A stretch of DNA of 15,157 bases from a virus (taxonomy: Duplodnaviria; Heunggongvirae; Uroviricota; Caudoviricetes). The notes beneath the pieces are model-generated. The model made no database searches and was not told the origin of the DNA. It saw only the letters and a list, made by a program, of their open reading frames with translations. Of this stretch, positions 8,653-15,157 are shown in pieces (positions within the stretch are counted from its first letter, which is position 1; every line of letters begins with the position of its first letter). The position numbers and the translations under genes were made by a program. The stretch lies in IMG/VR virus record IMGVR_UViG_2648501466_000031, positions 1-15,157 of that record, one strand, 5' to 3'.

Positions 8653-8736
8653 CAACTGGACGCACTGGAGCTGGTCGATACTTCCGGTGCGCCAGATATT
8701 GAATGGCCTACGCCTCCGGCAGTTCAGGCCAGATGA
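8653..8736 (+). pseudogene. Relic 3' end of a second, convergent tail-fibre-assembly gene (tfa-prime); only the C-terminal ~25 codons are recognisable
   Basis: Plus-strand frame at 8653-8733 reads QLDALELVDTSGAPDIEWPTPPAVQAR then TGA (8734-8736), matching the conserved Tfa C-terminal motif (VDTSTAPDIEWP); the upstream frame degenerates, with a stop at 8491; overlaps the minus-strand tfa 3' end by 29 bp. Confidence 0.45.
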
Positions 8737-9298
8737 CATCCGGCGCGGTGCTGGTATCTGTTGCCTGCACCGCCTTAATGTAGCCAATCCAGGCAATCAG
8801 GCTGGCTTTGTCATCGCCACTGATAATGCCTAACTGCAGTTCCGTTTGCCACAGGCTGATTTTTGAATTTGCGGCGTTCAGAAGATTTGTTTTCTGTTGC
8901 TCGGCTTCGGCCACGTTCGCCGAGTGCTGTTTATCGCTATCTGTAGCCCATTTGTCATATGGCGTAGATGGTGCTGTGGTGGTGGTGCCTTCCGGGTATT
9001 CTCCCAACCGTGAAACTGTCACATGCTTTCCAGTTTCCGTGCTGTAAACGGTTTCGCCGCGATGGTCTGCAACGTATTCCCAACCGGTCAAATCAGCCGT
9101 CCGGCAAACAGCAAAGCCGTCCTTTTTGCTGATTGGCGCATCCACGCACGAATTGCCTGGAACACCAACGCCAACGGGAAGATATTCAACAGCTAAACCG
9201 ATATATTCACGCGTCACGCCATCATAATTATAAACGGTGATATATCCGTCTTCCGTGGCGAAACCGTTTTCATCTAATGAAATTTCTTTTGCGGTCAT
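8708..9298 (-). CDS. tfa: Tail fibre assembly protein (Tfa / Mu U-like chaperone), 196 aa
   Basis: C-terminus …IAWIGYIKAVQATDTSTAPDVIWPELPEA is typical of the lambda Tfa / Mu U family; start overlaps the stop of the upstream fibre gene (TAATG). Confidence 0.85.
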   Translation of the reverse strand: MTAKEISLDENGFATEDGYITVYNYDGVTREYIGLAVEYLPVGVGVPGNSCVDAPISKKDGFAVCRTADLTGWEYVADHRGETVYSTETGKHVTVSRLGEYPEGTTTTAPSTPYDKWATDSDKQHSANVAEAEQQKTNLLNAANSKISLWQTELQLGIISGDDKASLIAWIGYIKAVQATDTSTAPDVIWPELPEA

Positions 9299-10053
9299 TA
9301 TACTGCCCTTACAATGTAGTTGAATGCGAGGTTGCGCGGGCGAGTTTCAGCACCTGTTGAACCATTCGCCTTTAAGTAAACCCAACCAGAGCCATTAAAA
9401 GTGGTTGCATTAATCATATATTTAATCGGAATCATGTCAGAGTCAGGGGTATCGCCCAGCCTGTCCCTGTAAGCGGTATCTGAACTGTATGCCATCGCTA
9501 GATCATGAGTATGCTGCTGTACTGATTGGCTCTGACCAGTTAAAACAACGCGCCCACTATCAACCCCGCGCCCATCATCCCAGCCACGGATAAATTCACC
9601 GCGCAAATCAGGCAATTTTAACGCTGGATAAACTTTTGCCAGCTCCGGGTATTCTTCAGCAGAAAAAGGCGCACCGTTGCATTTAATCCAGCCTGTTGGC
9701 GGTGTGGCTGAAGGCCACGGAACAGGTACACCAACGGGTAACGCTGAGCCTTCTCCCAAACCAAGGTTTTCGAGAGCCGTTTGCACAGTGCCATCCGATT
9801 TGATATCGCCAAACGGATTCTTGCGGCTTAACAGCAGCGCACGAAGTGCGGTAAGCAGCTGGTCATGCCGCCCTTTCTCCAGGCTGGCACCGGAGGCCTC
9901 CACCACGCTACAAAGTTCTTCCTGCAACATGTCAAAGTAGTCATCATCCAGATCGGTGGCAGGTGTGCCGGTCTGGGGGTTACCACGGGTAAAACCGTTC
10001 TTACCCGCGCCGAACTTATCCTTCTGCGCGGTTTTCGTGTCTATACGATGCAT
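9298..10053 (-). CDS. Short tail fibre protein with phage tail-collar domain (Mu S-like), 251 aa
   Basis: N-terminal fibre-anchor region followed by a collar-type motif ([22 protein letters not shown]…[17 protein letters not shown]); positioned between the gp48-like gene and tfa. Confidence 0.78.
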   Translation of the reverse strand: MHRIDTKTAQKDKFGAGKNGFTRGNPQTGTPATDLDDDYFDMLQEELCSVVEASGASLEKGRHDQLLTALRALLLSRKNPFGDIKSDGTVQTALENLGLGEGSALPVGVPVPWPSATPPTGWIKCNGAPFSAEEYPELAKVYPALKLPDLRGEFIRGWDDGRGVDSGRVVLTGQSQSVQQHTHDLAMAYSSDTAYRDRLGDTPDSDMIPIKYMINATTFNGSGWVYLKANGSTGAETRPRNLAFNYIVRAV

Positions 10054-10056
10054 GGA

Positions 10057-10641
10057 TTACTCCGGATATTTAAAAATTACGTAGGTATGCGAAGGGCAGA
10101 GTTTGTTAAGCACGCACTCGACAACGGTGTCGCCCCAGATACGCAGTGCGGAATCACAGGGATCGCCACATGTCATCCAGGTGGTGTTGGTGGCGGCTGG
10201 CATGTTGACCTGCCAGTAATACCGCCATTCCGGCGCATTCACAGCGTCAGTACAGGCCGATGAGCAGGTGAACGTGCTTTTGTCGTATCGCGTGATGGCG
10301 GCATCTGGTCTGCCCAGGGCAGCAAGCTGTGCAAGGTAAAAATCCTCATTGATGCCGCCCGCCAGATTAACCTTCGCATCCAGCCGTTGCTGACGCTGGC
10401 GAAGGGTCTGTGTCCCTGCGGGAATACATTCATCCGGCAGACCGCACAGACGCTCCCAGCGGTTTATCAGTTCAGTGGTGGTGCGCGGATCCAGCTCCCG
10501 CATCAGGGCATCCGCACGCTGATGAACACGGGTTAATGACGGTGCCGCACCTGCAATCGCCGGATCGCTGGCTGACCACGCCGGACCGGGCGGCAGCAGT
10601 GCCGACAACAGACGGATGTAATCATCGTTTGTCACGTCCAT
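10057..10641 (-). CDS. Mu gp48 / YmfQ-like baseplate-wedge tail protein (DUF2313 family), 194 aa
   Basis: N-terminus [22 protein letters not shown] resembles YmfQ/gp48-family proteins; position between baseplate J and the fibre gene. Confidence 0.75.
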   Translation of the reverse strand: MDVTNDDYIRLLSALLPPGPAWSASDPAIAGAAPSLTRVHQRADALMRELDPRTTTELINRWERLCGLPDECIPAGTQTLRQRQQRLDAKVNLAGGINEDFYLAQLAALGRPDAAITRYDKSTFTCSSACTDAVNAPEWRYYWQVNMPAATNTTWMTCGDPCDSALRIWGDTVVECVLNKLCPSHTYVIFKYPE

Positions 10642-11690
10642 GAAATCGTCCCCAGAACCGCCAGTTCATTTTTTGCAATGGAGATATTGTCCGCCGGTGC
10701 AAGCAACTGATGGCTGTATTCCCCGTTCGCACCGGAAATCGCTTCACTGATACGTGACACCTTCAGTTCTCCCTGCGGATAACCATCACGCAGCAGGAAC
10801 GAACGCAACTCCGCGGTGATGGCAGCCCGTATTTCCGGTGTGTCCGGCGTCACACGGATATGAAAATCCACCGTATGTGCCACCGGCCTGAACACATACA
10901 AATCAGAGCCTGCCACCGGGGCCAGTGGCTCGATATGTTGTCTTGCCGCCGTTTCCGTTGATTCTTCCGGAATGGGATTAATCAGGTCACTGCTGGCAAT
11001 CATCACACCGACAGTCCCCGTTCCCATCCAGTGTCGGTATGTCCATGCGCGGGTAATGCCGGGCACTTCTTTAGCCCAGACGACATAGTCCCCGTCAGCC
11101 CCGCCCTGAGGCGTCCAGTAATACCGCTCAATGACGCGGGCGCGCCACGTTTCCAGCTCTTCAGTATCAAATCCGCCTGTAAGGGTGTCAGCCACACCGG
11201 AAGACGGCAGACCATTCACCGGCGTGACCAGGATTAATGCCGTACCGTCGTCAGCGTTACCGACCGCGCCTGTAGTTGAGCAAGTGATCGGCACACGCAG
11301 GACACCACCGGAGCTGGTTGCATCGGCAGTTGCCGTGTACTGAACCAGGTCATCGCGCTGAATCACGCTCCCGGCAGTCACCTTCAGGCCATCGCTGACA
11401 CCTTCCCAGCGCATATACCCGCTGGCAGCCGTGGCCCCCTTGCGCGGACATCGTTTCATCGCAGCATGTCGCGCCAGCCAGGACTCATCGCACAAGTCAG
11501 GCAGCATGTTCATTGCCAGATAATCGATGTACCCGTAAACCGTATGCAGCGCCGCCGCATACACCTTTGCCCGCACGTCTTCATCCATGCGCCGGAGCGT
11601 GTCGCTGACGTCCAGCCAGGCGAATAAATCGTTACGGAGCATACTGATATTTTCTGCCAGCGTCGGGCGCTGAAATTCACTGTCCGCCAT
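10632..11690 (-). CDS. Baseplate J-like protein (Mu gp47 / P2 gpJ family), 352 aa
   Basis: Size, position and sequence character of Baseplate_J family proteins; overlaps neighbours by 10 and 14 nt (translational coupling). Confidence 0.8.
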   Translation of the reverse strand: MADSEFQRPTLAENISMLRNDLFAWLDVSDTLRRMDEDVRAKVYAAALHTVYGYIDYLAMNMLPDLCDESWLARHAAMKRCPRKGATAASGYMRWEGVSDGLKVTAGSVIQRDDLVQYTATADATSSGGVLRVPITCSTTGAVGNADDGTALILVTPVNGLPSSGVADTLTGGFDTEELETWRARVIERYYWTPQGGADGDYVVWAKEVPGITRAWTYRHWMGTGTVGVMIASSDLINPIPEESTETAARQHIEPLAPVAGSDLYVFRPVAHTVDFHIRVTPDTPEIRAAITAELRSFLLRDGYPQGELKVSRISEAISGANGEYSHQLLAPADNISIAKNELAVLGTISWT

Positions 11691-12105
11691 GCGTTATCGC
11701 ACTCCACAGATCATCAAAAGAAATCATTACCGGTCCGTCACGACGCCAGAGAGTGATACTGTTACCCAGTTCATTAATCCCGGTGCGGCGGATATCCAGA
11801 TCAATACGGGACACCACGCCATCATCAATCATCCATTGCAGGCATTCGCGGATATACCCCCTTACCGTCTGCACCAGCTGATTGGTCAGTTTGCTGCGCT
11901 GAAGCAGCCACAGTCGGGAGCCGTAACGGTCATTCTGTACCGCAGGCCAGGTATCCCCCCACCATCCCATCGGGACGCCGGCGTTGTCATCAGGCTCCGC
12001 CCGCCGCCAGGTAAACAGGGAAATCACCACGGCGCGGGTCAGCGGATCCAGCGGTGCGCTGGCGCAGGTGCGTTTACCGTTCACCGTCAGCCACAGTTCC
12101 ATCAT
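11677..12105 (-). CDS. Mu gp46-like baseplate protein (phage GP46 family), 142 aa
   Basis: Small protein between baseplate V and baseplate J, as in Mu-type tail modules; ATGA overlap with the upstream gene. Confidence 0.75.
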   Translation of the reverse strand: MMELWLTVNGKRTCASAPLDPLTRAVVISLFTWRRAEPDDNAGVPMGWWGDTWPAVQNDRYGSRLWLLQRSKLTNQLVQTVRGYIRECLQWMIDDGVVSRIDLDIRRTGINELGNSITLWRRDGPVMISFDDLWSAITHGGQ

Positions 12106-12650
12106 GCCTCCATCGCTTTATCAGGTTTGTCGGTGTTACTGCCCTGACCGTTCTCTATGTGACGATGCCCGTTATAGGCAAGCCGCATCGCTGACATGGT
12201 GGTGCCGCTGGAGTCGCACAGGTCTTTCACCTGTCCTGTCACTTCCAGGTCCATTTCAAAACGTGCCTTAGGCGCATTGCGAAACGTGATCGTTTTACCT
12301 GCACCGTCCACCACGATCCCCTCCCGGGTCAGCGTCACGGACTGCCCCTGATCGTCATAGACAGCCACCTCCCCAGTCTGCAGCCCTTTCAGGCGGTAGC
12401 GACGGTCCGACACCGTAACAACCACCGCATGAGAACGGTCTCCATCCGGAAACAACACCACCGCTTCCGCACCGCTGTTTGCCCTTGCGGTAAAACCGTA
12501 GGGTTCAAGATGTTCAACCCCGGCTTTGGGTTCACCGGCAATCAGGGACACATCCACGGTCTGACATTTCGTGGCGGCACTGATGCTTTTCACCACGGCC
12601 CGCCCAATCAGGCCGAGGAGTTGTCGCTGCATGGCTTCAATCGTCCTCAT
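12102..12650 (-). CDS. Baseplate assembly protein V / spike (Mu gp45, P2 gpV family), 182 aa
   Basis: Size and order match the baseplate spike of Mu-type modules; beta-rich central region typical of gpV OB-fold proteins. Confidence 0.78.
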   Translation of the reverse strand: MRTIEAMQRQLLGLIGRAVVKSISAATKCQTVDVSLIAGEPKAGVEHLEPYGFTARANSGAEAVVLFPDGDRSHAVVVTVSDRRYRLKGLQTGEVAVYDDQGQSVTLTREGIVVDGAGKTITFRNAPKARFEMDLEVTGQVKDLCDSSGTTMSAMRLAYNGHRHIENGQGSNTDKPDKAMEA

Positions 12651-13729
12651 CAGAACGGGTCCTCCTGTACTCTGGCTTTTTTCTTTTTCCGCGCGCCGGG
12701 GGCTTCGGGTTCAGGCAGATAAGCATCAGGCGGGCCGACACGGATTTCCGTCAGGGTGCCGTTCTGGTCCTGAGTAAACGTGACTTCCGAAACAAGCAGT
12801 TCGGTATTGTCGAAACCACAGACCGGATCAAAGACAATCACCCGCTGGTTGGGCTGCCACAGCGTACCGTTACCCTGTCGCCAGCCCTGCACCACATAGG
12901 TGGTTTCATCCGTCCGCGCCGCCCGTTGTCGGGCTTCAAAGTCCGCACGGGCAATACAGCCTGCCCCCGTAGCCTGCCCTGTCTGCCTGATATACATCGG
13001 ACGGTAACGGGCAATAAATGCGTCCTCTGTGCGGGCCCGCAGCGCGGTGGTGGTGGCCTCACCGAAATCATCGTCGTTTCCGGCACGCTGCCCCGCCACC
13101 TGGTAAACTGAAAACCGCTCCCGGATACTCTTCTCCGTATCACAGGAAAGGATGTTTTCCCCAAGTACCAGCGCGGTATGTGCCCGCGTTGAGCCAATAC
13201 CGCCAATCACCAGCCTGCCGTGCGGGTCGTCGTAAGCCAGTGCCTGCTGCTGACCGAGTATTTTGTTGATTACCTCAATCACCGTTTCACCGTGATCAGG
13301 CTGGACGTCAGGAATAACACCCGACGGCGCACCGTTGTTCACCACCTCAATGCCGAAGGGCGCAGCAAGCGCCTGCGCAATCTGTACCAGCGATCGTCCG
13401 TTAAACTGTGTCGGTTCGGCTGCACAGTCAATCAGATCAGCGGTTAGACTGCGTCCGGCAATACCAGTGCTGACCGAACGGGCATCGTAACGAACGGGCG
13501 TCGCCTCCACCCAGCCGGTGATCACCAGCTCATCACCAATCAGCACTTCCACTTTTGAACCGTTTTTAATGCGCGGCTGAAGCGTGGTGATACCCTCATC
13601 TCCCGGCCACTGGCGGGTGATCTCCACACTGAAATCCCGCGCCAGTCGTTCAACACCGGCACCGATGCGCACCGATGTCCAGCCATTCCACTCCCGGCCA
13701 TTTACCCGTAGCGTGACGTTATCGTTCAT
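12650..13729 (-). CDS. Mu P-like baseplate hub protein (gp44 / P2 gpD-like), 359 aa
   Basis: Size and position immediately downstream of the N-like gene; Lys-rich C-terminal tail (ARKKKKARVQEDPF). Confidence 0.75.
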   Translation of the reverse strand: MNDNVTLRVNGREWNGWTSVRIGAGVERLARDFSVEITRQWPGDEGITTLQPRIKNGSKVEVLIGDELVITGWVEATPVRYDARSVSTGIAGRSLTADLIDCAAEPTQFNGRSLVQIAQALAAPFGIEVVNNGAPSGVIPDVQPDHGETVIEVINKILGQQQALAYDDPHGRLVIGGIGSTRAHTALVLGENILSCDTEKSIRERFSVYQVAGQRAGNDDDFGEATTTALRARTEDAFIARYRPMYIRQTGQATGAGCIARADFEARQRAARTDETTYVVQGWRQGNGTLWQPNQRVIVFDPVCGFDNTELLVSEVTFTQDQNGTLTEIRVGPPDAYLPEPEAPGARKKKKARVQEDPF

Positions 13730-15054
13730 TGCACTGGCACCTTCAGAGGGATCACCGGCACAAAGCCGGGATGCGTAATGGCATTACGCCGGATAATGTC
13801 CGCGTCACGCGCCGCGTTATCAAACCAGGTCGCCGCCAGCACCAGCGCGGGTAAAACCTCATCCGGTGTGCGCTGAATGATCCGTGCAGACTGTTCAAGG
13901 CGCGTGTTGATATCCGCATTCAGATCTGCTTTCACCCGGCGCAGCGCCAGAAACAGCGCATCACTGGTTGTACGGGACAACTCCTTATCAATTGCCGTAT
14001 TCAGTGTGTCGCGAATGTCAGTCAGTTCTTCCCACGTCGGCAGGTCAACTGTGTTTTTCACCGCCGGTGCATTGTTCAGTGCCGGATGCGTGACGGAAGG
14101 CCAGCCAGTGCTCTGCGCAGGTGTTGTTGCCTGCCCCACTGCGGAATTCTGCATCACCGCGGAAGTTGTTGGCGCAGGCAATCGGGTGACGGCATACGCC
14201 GCTTCGCTGATTGCGGTCGTACGAAGGGTGCTGGCAACCACGTTACGCTGCTGCGTCGCCGTGGCGGTGGTTTTACTGTCCGTTTTCCAGACGCCGCGCG
14301 GTTGCAGATCGCTGCCGAGGCTGACACCGGAAAGCGTTTTGATCATGGTGACCAGGTCGCTGGCGTTACCATAAAGGCGTTTCCCGGTACGCCACATTTT
14401 CTGCACCTGCTCAACGAAATTTTTGCCTGACGATGGCGGCGGCAGAAGTACCGAGATATCCCCCTGCAACAGCCTGGCGGCATCCGATACGGCAGAATCC
14501 ACCACTTTCATCGCATCAGAAACATACCCCAGCATTATGCTGGCATTACCGATAACGTCGTTCTGCACAAAATCCGCCACACCATCGATACTGAAACCGC
14601 TGAAGCTGTCACTGATGCAGTCATCCAGTGCAGAACAGGATGACATCAGCGTCTGCGCCGTCGCCGCACCTGATGTGGGGTAAGAGAGTTCTCCTGCTTC
14701 GACAAACTTCAGGTCAAAGCGGACAATACGCCCTTCACTTTTCGATGTGCTGACCCGAACTTCCCCGTCAACACAGACTTTCAGCTCACCATATGTCGGG
14801 TGGACAAGCGTGCCGGGACCGGGTTTATTCAGCGCTTCAATCAGGCGATCGCGCTGGTCAAAGCAGTCATCTCCCACCACATAAGCTGTGATGGACGGGC
14901 GGAAAGTGACTTTTCCCAGATCTTCGGTATAGGGCTTGTCGCGGTTCGGATATTCGTGTGTTTCCACACGGCGACCGGTTCCCGCACTTTCTTCTTCAAC
15001 CTTAAACGGTACGCCGCGAAATGACGCATCCTGAAGCCTGTCTTTCCACGTCAT
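13726..15054 (-). CDS. Mu N-like DNA circulation protein (tail hub / tape-measure-associated), 442 aa
   Basis: N-terminus MTWKDRLQDASFRGVPFKVEEES… is characteristic of the Mu N (DNA_circ_N) family; RBS GGAG 7 nt upstream of the ATG at 15054. Confidence 0.82.
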   Translation of the reverse strand: MTWKDRLQDASFRGVPFKVEEESAGTGRRVETHEYPNRDKPYTEDLGKVTFRPSITAYVVGDDCFDQRDRLIEALNKPGPGTLVHPTYGELKVCVDGEVRVSTSKSEGRIVRFDLKFVEAGELSYPTSGAATAQTLMSSCSALDDCISDSFSGFSIDGVADFVQNDVIGNASIMLGYVSDAMKVVDSAVSDAARLLQGDISVLLPPPSSGKNFVEQVQKMWRTGKRLYGNASDLVTMIKTLSGVSLGSDLQPRGVWKTDSKTTATATQQRNVVASTLRTTAISEAAYAVTRLPAPTTSAVMQNSAVGQATTPAQSTGWPSVTHPALNNAPAVKNTVDLPTWEELTDIRDTLNTAIDKELSRTTSDALFLALRRVKADLNADINTRLEQSARIIQRTPDEVLPALVLAATWFDNAARDADIIRRNAITHPGFVPVIPLKVPVQ

Positions 15055-15070
15055 ATAAACTCCGGATACA

Positions 15071-15125
15071 AAAAACCCGCCAAATCTGCTTTGTCAGTTA
15101 TTTACATCGCAGAAGATGTGGCGGG
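15071..15125 (-). terminator. Intrinsic terminator on the minus strand immediately upstream of the N-like gene
   Basis: Minus-strand reading: GC-rich stem CCCGCCA…TGGCGGG (plus inner pairing CTGC/GCAG) followed by TTTTTTG, ending 16 nt before the N gene ATG. Confidence 0.5.
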
Positions 15126-15157
15126 AACCTAATATTTTTAATTACTATCTGAGTTGA

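Larger units (their letters stand above)
6978..15157. mobile_element. Left arm of a prophage or prophage-like element integrated at the dusA 5' end; continues beyond the window
   Basis: Tyrosine integrase divergent from dusA, dinI-like gene, Mu-type baseplate and tail-fibre operon, compositional break at the dusA 5' end; the other boundary is not in the window. Confidence 0.85.

Noticed and set aside
8642-8833. Track ORF on plus strand (MEDVNWTHWSW…) in the dinI-tfa spacer
   Set aside because: A different frame of the same region carries the recognisable Tfa C-terminal motif; this frame has no homology signal and overlaps the functional tfa.
569-14683. Numerous 60-190 aa ORFs antisense to or nested within tyrB, alr, dnaB, qor, dusA, int and the tail genes (e.g. 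569..850, 1928..2230, 3058..3540, 6420..6983, 7770..8207, 9865..10263, 11689..12147, 12838..13206, 13877..14374)
   Set aside because: Each lies wholly inside a well-supported gene on the other strand or frame and has skewed composition (Arg/Ser/His-rich) typical of shadow ORFs in GC-rich coding DNA.
7007-15135. 12-mer TTAGGTTCCCGC at 7007-7018 with its reverse complement at 15124-15135, as possible long-range inverted repeats flanking the int-to-N segment
   Set aside because: A single 12-mer match in either orientation is expected by chance on the order of ten times in a 15-kb window, and the match does not extend; kept only as a note beside the local GGTTCCC cluster.
1-15157. CRISPR arrays, tRNA/rRNA genes, IS elements, retron or reverse-transcriptase signatures, toxin-antitoxin pairs or other defence cargo
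   Set aside because: No regularly spaced direct repeats, no tRNA-like structures, no transposase-like ORFs and no unassigned ORFs large enough in the prophage arm; the only cargo gene visible is the dinI homologue.

Overview
Enterobacterial (E. coli-like) chromosome: the core block tyrB-alr-dnaB / qor / pspG-dusA occupies 1..6977, followed from about 6978 to the window end by the left arm of a prophage inserted at the 5' end of dusA. The prophage arm carries a divergently oriented tyrosine integrase, an SOS-boxed dinI-like gene, and a tightly coupled Mu-type baseplate and tail-fibre operon on the minus strand (N, P, baseplate V, gp46, baseplate J, gp48-like, tail fibre, Tfa). All calls rest on reading the translated ORFs and motifs by eye; no database search was run. 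I found no convincing novel defence or toxin system: the only cargo slot visible (between int and the tail-fibre end) holds just the dinI-like gene and a decayed fragment of a second, convergent tfa. The most notable observations are the dusA-targeted integration with an AT-rich replacement 5' end of dusA, two consensus LexA boxes in front of the dinI-like gene, the convergent tfa relic, a GGTTCCC repeat cluster at the int 5' end, and an intrinsic terminator immediately upstream of the N-like gene. The element continues beyond 15157, so its far boundary, att repeat and remaining content are not visible.
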